Below are positions 13,510 to 26,500 of a DNA stretch of 64,000 nt, piece by piece. The notes under the pieces were generated by a model that saw only the letters and a list, made by a program, of their open reading frames with translations, searched no databases and was not told where the DNA came from. Numbering within the stretch: the first letter of the stretch is position 1; each line of letters opens with the position of its first letter. The position numbers and the translations under genes were made by a program. The stretch is from NCBI RefSeq assembly GCF_964355755.1, contig NC_092670.1, positions 35,328,388 to 35,392,387 of the forward strand, read 5' to 3'. The DNA comes from Antedon mediterranea. Taxonomy: Eukaryota; Animalia; Echinodermata.

Positions 13510-13833
13510 AGATGTATTGTCCCCAAAACATGAAAAATGGAGTGAAGATTAATTAAATCAGACCTTGAATATGTTATTTTGTAGTTTTAATCTATTTTGA
13601 TAAGTTAATCACTTTCGTAGAAAATACGGAAAAAACGGTTTTATTCAATCAAAAACTCATTTGCTGGCAGCCAATTTGACTATTGTTTGCTTTGGATTAC
13701 AGTTTTTCCAGGTAAATACTTTTTTTTCTATCCAATTTTTTTTTTCCAATAACTATGTGACCGTTTGAAATAGCATATTCAACAAAAATATTTTTTTAAA
13801 GAATTTTTTTTTTCAGAGGGACAATATATATCT
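13510..13833. mobile_element. Kolobok-like MITE (TTAA flanks); related copies ~48457-48683 and ~8230-8472
   Basis: TTAA|agatgtattgtcccc ... gggacaatatatatct|TTAA; shared gaagattaattaaatcaga..ttgaatatgttattttgtag block. Confidence 0.7.
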
Positions 13834-16186
13834 TTAAATTATAAATATGGCAACTATGATAACACAAAGTTTGAATTCAATTTATGTAACCTGAAAAGCT
13901 AAGCAAATTTATGTATTATAATTTGTATGACGCAGTTATATTATATTAATGAAACATTTACCGTGAAGCGATTGGTTTAAAGCGTATTGGAGTATTTACT
14001 TTTCCGTATATAACTCGTCTAAAAAACTTCGCCTAGCCTCTTCTTATATTTAATATACAGTTAACCAGAAACGTAGGTCAGAGGTCAGGAGACTTGCTAT
14101 TGGTAACCAACCTGTAATCCAACTGCCTGCAGCAGGGTCGGGTCACCGGCGACTAAACCGGTACCCCACCAACTCATGACAAGTCAGGTCAGGTGTGGAG
14201 AGTGGTTGGACATCCAGTACTAAAAACAAAAACCAACTATAAGGGAGTTGGTTCAGGAGGACCAACGACGGCCATCCAGCAAAACCCCGCCAGCCTGGAG
14301 AGAAGAAAGGCACCCTTGGGAGATATGGCTTATGCATGTGTATGACATGATAAGTACAACTACAGTACTAATTTCCCTATGGAAGCACTTGGTGCTCTAC
14401 ATCTCATCTGCTATGCCCCTACGATACTCTAGGTCATGGGACAACTATAACTAAGGAAACTCGAATAGACATGTCAGTATGCAGTATGCATTATGTATCA
14501 ATCTCAAAGAACTGGTAATCGACAATAACTATAATATCGCTTCAAAATCAATATTTTTTACCTTTCACACATTTACCGTATAACAGGAAAAAATTACGAA
14601 CTCGATGTAACTGTCACATGATGCACCCACTTACCGCGCGTAATTAGCCCCGTTTTAAACGCATGTTGAATTGTGCGTGTTATGTTTCTACAAGCGGGAC
14701 GCTTCTATCGGTGTAGATTAAGTGTCTCATCCAGGCATTGCTTATGATTTGAGAGCACGTTGAATAATACTCCGTAAAAGTATCCGTTAAGCTACATATC
14801 ACGCTGCAGCAATGTTATTACCTTTCTACCCTGTTTTATTTATTCTAAGTGCATCTGAAGACATTATTGAAGAGAAAACACATTAATTCCCGCAATGGAA
14901 GATGCAGTGAATCATATTAGCTCATTTAACTACAAGAGGCGCTTTGGAAAACTCATTTGCATCGCGTATTTGAAACATTAATTTCGCATTACACTTGTAT
15001 GTAAATTAAATGCAAGTAGGTATACATGTTATACTCACGATTCACTGATAATTTGAGAAATAGTAATATTGGTTACATGTGCTTGTTAAAGTAAGAAGTG
15101 GGTTAGTCATATAGAATCTGCCGTAACGTAATGAGATGTGAAGTACATTTTCTCATCAATAAAAATGGAATGTCAATATCACCTAGCAGAGTTGTTCTCA
15201 TGTGAGACTAGAACCCATCATCTACAGACGAGATTACTAATATGCCTTTGAAATCATACATGTGATGGAAGCCATGTTTATCGAGAAACAAACCATTTAA
15301 GAACAATAATATCAATGTAATGATCAATGAGAGAATTAAACTTTGTCTAGATTTTTTCATTTTTTCTACTTAAGTCAAAATAGTTAGGTTAAGTGAAAAC
15401 TTCGATTTTTGAATGAATTACTTCATTTAAGATATAATAAGATAAAAAAGAAGTAAAATATTTTTTTAGGATATTTTAAAAAACTGACAAAACAACATTG
15501 AGTTAAAATTATGTTTTTGCCAAATCAAGTTTGATAAACCTCACCTCACTTGGTCCAAATGCAATGGTTCCTAGAAGCCTTTTTTGGCTTTTATCATTTG
15601 TTTGTACTTAAGTCCTTGAAACTTTGAAATGGATTTCTTAATTATGTAAGATAAAAAAAAAGAAAAACTGGGAAAATACTTAATTAAAATTATGTTTTTA
15701 GCCATCAAATTTGATAAACCTCACTACTTGGTTCCAAGGCAAGAAGCAAGTTATTATTATTTTTTTTTTCAATTCCATTGTATTGTAACCGATTGACGTA
15801 ATTTGAAATGTAACTTTATCTTCTTCTAATATTAGGTTGCCTAATTGTGGACACGTGGCTCGTTAAGCCCTGGGTAGAATATAATTGTGCTATCTAGATC
15901 TAACGATACTGAATGAACTGGTACTAAGGACATTATTGTAAAACTTATTTGATATCTTTAATATTCACCCAAAGCAATGTGATATTGCTAATGACACATA
16001 CCGACAAAAGTACATTCTCATGTTTCAGAAACGCATAATCAAAAAAACTTTATGCGGCAAAATCATCTACTATCCAAATATAGCGACTTTAAATACAATC
16101 GTAGTACAGCTTCTATATTTAGTTTCAATCGAGTAAACGACTTTGTAATCAGATCTAACAGGAACAAAAACGCTGTATCCATTGGG

Positions 16187-18095
16187 TGTTGGATAGAGAC
16201 CCTTCCATTTTCGACGACCTAGGACCTAGGACCTATGACGTCATGGTTATATATTGTGCGCATACGTTTGAGTTTGTCATGTCGATTGTCGAACCCAATT
16301 TCTTCAACCTTTTTGAGGTACAAATAAATTGATTTCAGTGAACAAATTACGATGCATAATTTATTTAATTTAAGTCCTATATGTCACTGCTGTAAAGTTA
16401 CTCCTTAAGCGGCTTTAAAATGACTTTTTCTCAGAAAAAGGAAATGTCAGGATTCACGCCTGCATATGAGGACGTCATTTGCCTATCATATTTCCAATTA
16501 TGAAGTATATTGGATAAAATATCTCAATAAAAAAACCGATAGTGTCATGAGATGTTTACACATGTAACAAAGTAGAAATGCATTTCACTGTACTGTATGT
16601 GGTTATTTTCTTATAACTTTTCACATTTTAATCAGAGTAACAATGATAATCTACTCTCTGTAGTTGTCAATAAAACACCAAGTTGTTGGTATCTTTACTA
16701 CAGCATGGCCTTTGATGCTTTAACATTCTAACACCACCACTAAAGGGTAACTAAGTTTTTAATATGTGAAATATCCTCAGCATGTGTACCAAATGTTACA
16801 GAATTTAGAAAAAAGTTGATGTTATGCCACAATTGCCACGAAGCCCGTAAATCACATAGTCCCCCAGGGTGGGGTTATTTGTCACGAAGGAAATTAATGT
16901 ATTATAAATGGTGTTCTGATGTTCATTAGTTGCCAACAATTCTTTCACATACCATATTTATTCAACCGTGTCATAAACTGAATAAATTTATGTGAGAAGG
17001 TTTTATCATTCGATATTAATGCATAGCTTTATGATGAATGAACATATATATTTTTTTATTTTCATCATCAATATCCTCGTTTTAAAGTAGGTTAAGATAA
17101 TTACACTTTCTAATTCCGTAATTGAGGTTTGGGTAATACATTTTTCCAATAAAGCAGTCGACATACATTGGTTAGAAGGTCTCTTAAAAGTTTTTTTCAA
17201 CAAAACATGGACATTAAAGATGAATAAAATTGAAAAAAAAAAACTTTGAATACGGTATTCTCTAGTTTTAATAAAGTTATCCACTTTTAGCCTAAAAAAA
17301 TACCATTTGGTTTCATTTAACAAGAGAAAATTCCCTAATTTAACCATGTCTTCCAACAACATGTTTCAGATAAATTAGGGTTCATTGAGTAAATCATTTT
17401 GATCTAACTTTTGGTCAAAGTGGACAATATTATGGGACGTTAAAATGGTCTATTAAGAAAAACACACTAAAACCTAATTATTATCTTTGACAGTCAATAA
17501 GATCGATAAGATTATTAACTTCTGCGACAATTTACCTTCTGTTACCATTAGCAGAATGAATTATCTTAATTTACTTGAAATGTTTGTATTGTGACTTTAT
17601 GAAGGCTTAATTTATTTGCATCAGCAAAAATGTAATTGAATTAGATGATATAAGATAAAATAGTGGATTTAAAATAATCTGAATTGTCGGTTAGTTCGGT
17701 CATCGCCACAAGGTTGATGACCATACTATTTGAAACCGCTTTTGTTTAATAATATTGTTTGTGTTTTTTAAAATAAAAAATAATATAGATATGCAATAGA
17801 AGAATTATTTGATAGATTTTTCGAAAATCTATATGTTATCTTGGATTAGAATTTAGGTATTACTCGACGGTTGTATATTTCTTTATAGGCGAAACTTCCC
17901 AACGGTAAGTTTCGAGCGTTAATGCGTCTACAACGATCTGAGAATGCCACGTTAAGAGGTTCTTCAGTGGTCTTGGGCCTACATCCATTATTCACTTGGT
18001 CTGGTTTGGATAAGGACCTTTCCATTTTCGACGACCTAAGGGCCTACAGCCTATAATGACGTCATGTTTATATATTGTGCGCAGGTGCTTGAGTT
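16187..18095 (+). repeat. Pair of ~90-bp diverged direct repeats (16187-16275, 18006-18095), each with TGACGTCA
   Basis: ttggata..gacc.ttccattttcgacgaccta...tgacgtcatg.ttatatattgtgcgca...ttgagttt in both. Confidence 0.8.
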
Positions 18096-21039
18096 TTAAG
18101 TTCAATGATGTTAAATTCAATTCTTGCGAATGATCGTTTTATAAGACATTATTATACCGTAGCTCTTTCGTGGTGTTGTTTATAAAACAACGTGTGAAAT
18201 AAAAAATGTCATTAACTTGTGTTTCTTATGTTTATGTAATTACAAGGACTTTTGATAATGTTCTAGTAGTAGACGATTTTGGTTGTTAAACTAATAGTAA
18301 TACTTGTGATTATCATAATCATCCGGGTCTGAATTTAACCCACCTCAGTTATTCTTGCGATATCTTTATTTCTTTTCTTAAATGTTTTAAACTGTTTTTT
18401 TCCTTTATGTTGGTCTTTTAGTGCTAATTGATATTCCTCTTTCCATTGCACTTTCTGTTTATGTCTTTGTACAGTAGTTGTAAATTGTGTTTTATTGATT
18501 TAAAACGTTGATTAAAACTCCTCTCCTTGGTGGCTTGTACACTTCTTTTTTGTTAAAATGTGTATACATTCCATACCAAAATATCCACTATTCATTTCTA
18601 TATACGTATCTATTTCTTCACATTCTTTATTAATTTGTTGATTTTCTGCTGTGATCTTTTTTTGCTTTCAGAATATTTTGATATGTGTGGAAACACTTTA
18701 TATTAGATCAATTTAGAACGGAGAACATCTCGACGTTTCGGTCAAAATACATTAATCTTTTTTTCTGAAATGTATCTTTCAGATTTATGAAATTGAAGAA
18801 AGAACACACAGGTGTTATTATACACATTATATTTTTGTCTTAGTTATAAATCATAAGGCACAATTACCAATGTAGACAAGGTGTAATAAATAAAACAGAA
18901 ATATTAGGAATATTGGATCTGTCTGTATTTTATTATATAGGCCTATAGCTAGTTTATCCATGGTCATTCAACTACCTTTCTGAAGTTTCAGATATATATC
19001 GACTCCCCTGATCATGTAGCCATGTTCAGACGAGGTAAATGAAGTTAGAGTTTGCTAGTATAAAAATATCTGAGTAAGTGCCTGTGAAGACGATAAATTA
19101 TCTCTTCTAAAAAAAATGTTTCTTAAAAACACTTTGTTGAATGTCCCTAGAATACTATAGAGAATGTTTTAGAACCAGGACAAGTTATTTTACATAATTT
19201 TGTTAAACGATTGGTTTCTATCCCCACGATCATTTTTTTTATCATAAAAAATGTTACATATTTATTACAATAATGCATTAAATGCATGTTTTGTATGTCA
19301 GTGCAATATATTATATTTATATGATGTAGGTCTGCATTAAACACGTTTTGCGTAGCAGCTGTTGCTGCTGCCAGGTCAACTAAATTTAAAATTGCTTAGT
19401 TTCATTGGCTAAAAAGACCTTTTTTTTATAGTACTGTACGGTTATAGATTTTATATAACTTGTTAGCGTTGTATATATATATATATATGTTTGGTCCACA
19501 ACTAATTTGATGTCGTACAGAAAAAAAAAACTCATACCAAAGGAGTAGATAATGTACGTTAAATTGAGCATACCGTAACTTTGTATACCGTTAACGAGTA
19601 AATGACGTCTGGTATTCTCCTGTTAGACTAGTAGTCTGGCAGCAGCAATTTTACTTAGAATGACGTAAAGAGATCGATTGTATCAAAATATAATGTAGTG
19701 ATCATTTACAAACAAACACGACTGACGAGGGTTAGACGGACTAATTCTACATTTTTGCTTCATAATGTTCTGCGTTGTTTTATCTGGAATTAATTGACAA
19801 ACCAAACGTATACATGCATTTTGTGTTCTTTTTAAAAAAAAACGAATATTATGTGCGTACGTCGTAACACATTAGTATACACAGTACAAAGACGGAAAAA
19901 TATAATATATAATGCTACAGGTAATAAAGAGCATTACACCTTAAAGTAGTTACGGCCGAGATTTACATGATAGAAATCCGGATAAAATGTTTATCAATGA
20001 TGACCTGGATTTGAAAAGGTGTTTTTATTTTTAGTCTTGTTTACGTTTTATTTATGGCCGGCTAGATGATGTGATAAAGTTCATTGCGTCCAGCAGATAT
20101 TTGGCAACAGATGCAAATGATTGAATGATAAACCACGATCCATCCAATATTTAAAGACCTAAAAATATTTAAGCCATCAGCAAAAAAAGGAAAATCTATG
20201 TAATCATGCAGAAACACAATTTACGACTTTTCTATACCTTGTTCTACTTAAAGAACAAGCAATTACAATTTTCTGGTTATTTTGCTATTTTTCCAAATTG
20301 AAATATTTAAACGGCAAAGAAGGTTTATCATTAATCTACGTGAATCTCTGCTATTTCTCTCAGAAAATAACAGATACGTTTTTCCAATAACTTTGAAAGC
20401 TCAATATAAACCAACATATTTAGTGAAAATGTTTCGTGTATGGACAGTTGCTTTTAATCGCACCATTTGCAAATGTTTGTAACACATTATGTAGCTTTTT
20501 GTTGATTCAGCTCATTATTTTTAGATAGGAACAAACATGTGGTACGTTTAGATTGGAATGTCGTATGATTTAGACTGGAAAATATAATATATGTAAAACA
20601 CTATATACGTAAACTGATTAACGTTAAGTTCCAGTTGCTAAGCAACGAATATGATATTTGCGCCAAAGACATATAACGCTATTAATCTAAAATCACTTAA
20701 TTTTAATTAGATATTATACTATGTATGTTTTTTTGTATTCACACTTTTGAAATACATGTTTTACGACTGAATGATCATTTTCGCACACTTGTATATCAAG
20801 TAGACAATGTGACGAGACGATATAAATGTATTTCCTCATAAAGGGCTCTCCAGGGGGTTTGTTTACTTGAAACAAAAATAACTATAATCAACATTTTATC
20901 ATCTTTGACATCATCATCACGACCATTGTCATGTCATAATCATTTTGCAACATAACATAAACATGATATCATAGACTACATCAGCAGCATGTAGCCATTA
21001 TCAACACTAGTATTAACTTGTAATCATCAACACGATATT

Positions 21040-22165
21040 ATTAACATTTCATGCAAGCATGATATCAACAGCAACTTTCTCTACTTCGATATCATCAACA
21101 TGATATCGACAGAGTCATCACTACTTCGATATCATCAACATGATGAATTAACATTTCATAAAGCAACATAATATCAACATTATCATCACTACTTCGATAT
21201 CACCAACATGATTAAATAACATTTCATGAAGCAACATGATACCAACTGCATCATCACTACTGTGATATCATCAACATGATGAATTAATATTTCATGAAGC
21301 AACATGATATCAACAGTATCGTCACTACTATGATATCATCAACATGATGAATTAACATTTTATGCAAGCAACATGATATCAACAGCATCATCACTACTTC
21401 GATATCATCAACATGATGAAATAACATTTCATGCAAGCAACATGATATCAACATTATTACTACTTCGATATCATCAACATGATATCAACAGCATCATCAC
21501 TACTTCGATATCATCAACATGATATCAACAGCATCATCACTACTTAGATATCATCAACATGATATCAACAGCATCATCACTACTTCGATATCATCAACAT
21601 GATATCAACAGCATCATCACTACTTTGATATCATCAACATGATGAATTAACATTTCTGAAGCAACATGATATCAACATATCATCACTACTTCGATATCAT
21701 CAGCATGATGAAATAACATTTCATGCAAGCAACATGATATCAACAGCATCATCACTACTTCGATATCATCAGCATGCTATCAACAGCAACATTCTCTACT
21801 TCGATATCATCAACATGATATCAACAGCATCATCACTGCTTCGATATCATCAACATGATGAATTAACATTTCATGCAAGCAACATGATATCAACATATCA
21901 TCACTACTTCGATATCATCAGCATGATGAAATAACATTTCATGTAAGCAACATGATATCAACAGCATCATCACTACTTCGATATCATCAGCATGCTATCA
22001 ACAGCAACATTCTCTACTTCGATATCATGAACATGATATCAACAGCATCATCACTATTTCGATGTCATCAACATGATGAATTAACATTTCATGAAGCAAC
22101 ATGATATTATAATTATTATTGACTTCATGTGACTTCGATATCATCAACATGATATCATGACACAT
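21040..22165. repeat. Compound satellite: 40-bp core (atcatcaacatgatatcaacagcatcatcactacttcgat) with an optional ~28-bp insert
   Basis: Short and long monomers alternate; grades into (ATC)-rich flanks. Confidence 0.95.
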
Positions 22166-22945
22166 ATCTACATCATCATAAACTGTATATAACTTCTATT
22201 ATCATCAACATCATCATCTGCATGTAATATAACATCATCAATGTCATGAACACGGTAAACCACTCTTATTTGATAACACGTATAATGTCTTTTTTGCGTG
22301 CTACAAACATTGAACGTAAAACATGTAATAATGAATATACACTTATTATATGTGGTTAACTTATAAATTTTGTCCGAATCAAGATTGACTATGGACAAAT
22401 TCATACATAGTTTTAATAAACTCGGATTTGTGATAGAATCTATAATTTCATGCATTGTTGGTTATCTAATATATCCAATTAAATAATGGATGAGAAGGGA
22501 AAAAAACAGTTAACATGACTGATTTTATTCATTCATGTGTGTAATAGATGTAGATTAAGTTCAATTTTGAGAAAATTACGTATTATGTAGAGCTTTAACA
22601 GAGAGATTGGATTGGACTTGTATGGAGTATGATAGATAAAAGTAAATAATCAGCTGTGCTCACTGACCGTGTAAACATAATCTTAATTTAAATTATATTA
22701 ACCTATGGGCAGCCAATCGGGTCATAATGACAGCTTAATAACTCGTGCATATAGCAATTTAACCCTAGGTTTATGTTCGGTTTTGAATCTAGGTTAACCA
22801 ACGTATCCTTAAAGTTTTGAGTGTTTGTTTATACATTGCAGATATACGGAGACATTTCTGTAAATAATGATTATCGCATTTCATTGTCCGAAAATCATTG
22901 CAAAATCTCTCATCTTCATGTCCTAGTTGAGATACTTTGATCATG

Positions 22946-23116
22946 TGATTGATTGATTGATTGATTGAAATATATATTTATACTGGGTAACCTCTTCAGT
23001 CAAAGACTGGTCTCCCAGAGGGCCCAGTTGGTGATCAGTGGCTGTGATGTACTAATACACCGGGGTAACCCCCTACTCGTCTCGAAAGATGTACTAGGTT
23101 CTTTAAAGTGCACACG
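22946..23116 (-). mobile_element. 5'-truncated copy of the tRNA-derived SINE at 33365, with (TCAA)n tail
   Basis: Near-identical reverse complement of ~33494-33635. Confidence 0.9.
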
Positions 23117-23184
23117 TATATGTTTAGTTTTGTCATTTTGTCATTCCTGAAAAAAAAGTGTGTGTAAAGTATCACTTCCAAGCC

Positions 23185-23572
23185 TCTGACGACAGGGAAA
23201 GAAGAAATACGTAGGATTGAATCTTTTAAGATGTGGTGCTGGAGGAAAAGGTTAAAAATTAATTATATTCAAGTTAAGAAGAAACGAGGACATATTGATT
23301 GAAATAGGAGAGGAAAGGCAAATAATGAGAAGGATAGCGGATCAGCAAAAACAATGGATTTGAAATAGAATTAGGGAAGGAGAATGATTGAAATTGTGAT
23401 AGAAGGAAGATATGAAGGTAAAACAAGAAGAGGAAGAAAAGGGATAGCTTGGCTTAATAGATTAAAAAACTAAAAAGAAGAAGCACTAAATAGAGAAGCA
23501 TTGAGAATATAGACTGTCATGGACCTGCCAAATGGCAGAAGACAAGATAAGACAAGATAGATAGACAAGACA
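23185..23572 (+). mobile_element. RTE-clade LINE 3' fragment (decayed)
   Basis: Broken frame reads RRIESFKMWCWRKRLKI..NEDIL..IEGRYEGKTRRGR..W, then a ctgcc/ggcag stem-loop and (aagac/aagat) tail. Confidence 0.85.
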
Positions 23573-26500
23573 AGGTTGTTTAGAATGATAGGCCTACTAT
23601 AGTTCGTCATACTTCTACCACGAGCATTATTTATAAATTCGTTAGCAACTATATACCTATAACTTAACTCACTACTATATTTTTAGTAGTTTCCAATTGG
23701 TTATTCAATACCACAAAATATGTCATAAAAAGCACGTCTTCTTCTTCTGACTGGGGTATCACGTACGTTAATACCAAATATGAATAATTGATATGCTTAT
23801 ATTTATTTAAGGCGCTCTGGTTTCTGAAAGACTGGAATTTAGGAAAAAAAGTTTCTAGGGCAAGATCTGGAGTGTGTCGGCGCCTAAGGTAATTGCCGAG
23901 TTTTTTTAGTACGGAAGTCCCATGCATAATTAAACGTTACGCTGTCTATTTTTGACACGTATTAACGGTACATAAACACCCGTATGTAAACATAACCGAA
24001 TTGTTTTGTTTCCTGCCACCTGAATGAAATCTTAAATTTCCAAAACTACATTCGGATTTTTTTCCTCAATTTTTTATATTAATATTATTTTTAACATTTT
24101 TATTTTATCTTTTGATATTACTGCATTCAAATAAGAAAAAAAAAATAAATTGTGCTTTTCAAAAATGCAATAATATACAGTATTATAATGTTATATTAAT
24201 ATTGTTTTGTAAGTTTTCCTTTTATCTTTTGACATTACTGCATTCAAATACGAAAAAAATATTGTGCTTTTCAAAAATGCAATTATATAAAGGCAACAAA
24301 TTATAGGTTTACAATGTTTTATTGGTGGGATTAAGATGAAGGTCACATGTGACAACTGTAAAATAATGTGAGTAATATTTAATATTTTGACAGTTAGTTT
24401 TTAAAATATTCAATTCATTTTAATAACAGTATATTGATTTTCCTTTTAAGCAGGAACTCATAAATAAATGGATGAATAAATAAGTACAGTAGTATTTTAA
24501 GAATAGCCACAATTTTAGAAATAGGAAATTTGTCGAAGTAAACATAATAATAGTATTTGAAATCAAATTTTCGTTTATAGTGTTGTTATCAGTGTTGGCA
24601 AATCAAGCTGACATCACTACCTTGAAAAGTGCAATGATAACGCATAAAACGTTGGGTAAGTTCAACGTGATTTTGTCCTTCACTACCAAATTATATTGTT
24701 GGAAGGAGATGATTTTTTTCAATTTTATAATAATAGTAATCTGTATTATATTATATATTATATTATAATATATATTATAATACAAAAACAGAAAACATAC
24801 CCAAAATATACATGTGATCATTGTTCACGAATACAATATCTAAACTGCAAATGCGTGACGAGTTGTTGTTTTTTGTTTGAGGTGTATTTTCTTTCAAGAC
24901 AATACAAGCACAATCTTTTCATCTTAACGTAGTCTTCCTCTTCTGTGCTTGACATTAAAACTGCCCATAAGATGTAACCTATAATTTATTACTCTTTTAT
25001 TAATTATTATATTAACTATAACAATAATCATAATAACAATAATTACAATAATTAAAAATAATACTACAGTAGTAATGACTATAATTTGTATGTGTTTTAA
25101 ATGTAAATATGTATATGTTTGTATGATGTAGTATGTTTAAGAGGATATTAGCCCTTGATGGCATTTGCAGCAATAAAGAGATTGAATTGAATTGAATTAA
25201 ACACATTGGCATTTCCACAAAATGCTATTAGGCCACTAATTATTGTAGGTGAAAATACAAATAAGGCCTACGATCAGTTAATTTGTTGTAGTTTTATTGT
25301 GTAGTGGCACGCATTCAACAAATATTGTTACATTAGTAGAATAGAATATCCACATATTGATACAATTATTCAAAACCATTATTAGTCATTACACATGGAA
25401 ATAATCTTGGACGATGAATAAGTTCTATGGAAATGAACTGATTGACACCTATATCAATTAGGTTATATTAAAATGAAAAGGTTATACCATTTAGAAGAGG
25501 ACAGGTGATTTTTTTGAGAAAAATATAAATGACGTCATAACAATATTCAAAATAATGTACAGTACACTGTTTTTAACAACCCTTTCGGGTCTTTCGGAAG
25601 GATATTAACTTACCTACGGGGCGCAGTTCGGGACAATACTTATGTCAACGACACAGAAAATAATTCTATTCAGGATTCAGGCATTTCTTGTTGTAATTTT
25701 AATCAATAACTTGCATAGTGATCAATGCATATTGGCTTTGGTATACTGTACTCTATCACAAACTGTTTAAAGTTCGGTCTAAACTTGTTATTTATTATTT
25801 TGGAAACACCTACTAGCATCTTTACATTCTCCTTCCTCTTCTCTCACTCTCCCGGCCTACTTCCACACCCCATTTAAGCTTAATTGTATGTTCCTCACGA
25901 ACATTATGAACTGTTATCGTACAGAAATACTGCGCGCACTTAACAACCGTTTTTACTCAGGAAAGTGTATAACATTTAGTAGCATACTCCATGCTCCCCT
26001 CCCATATCACCAAATGCTTATTCGAGCGGGTGCGTGCGGTAGCCTAGCCTACTTCAATTTCATTGAGAGAATAAACTAATTTCAAATCCATTACCGTTGT
26101 GTATAGTAAGCAGGTGTCAGTATTTATCAACACAAAGTAAAAGCGATTACTTTGCGAATAATAGTTATTATACCTAACAAGCAAGACATTTTTTTCACAG
26201 GGTCATATTCAGTCTTAAACCGTAGTTTATGTGACAGAAAATCGATGGAACGCAACACCTGCTTAAGCGATTCACCTCAGTTTAAGCATGCGGTCATCCA
26301 TCTTCAAGTTTTCGTCGTTAATGGCACGTCATAAGTAGTGAATTACATGCTCTCTTTATCAATTAGAGTTGTAACTTTGTCCTATTTCATTTTCCGGTTC
26401 TGCAATCATTGATAATCATTGCATATATTTGATAACGTATCGTGCGCAATCCAAATTAATTGAACTAACGTAAAATGCGAAACGGAAAATTTGATTTGAA

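Noticed and set aside
17889-17970. Minus-strand CTGAAGA...CGAAAC as a hammerhead
   Set aside because: Stem II and stem I do not pair
19722-19750. CTGACGA plus stem as a hammerhead ribozyme
   Set aside because: No GAAA after the stem and no stem I/III
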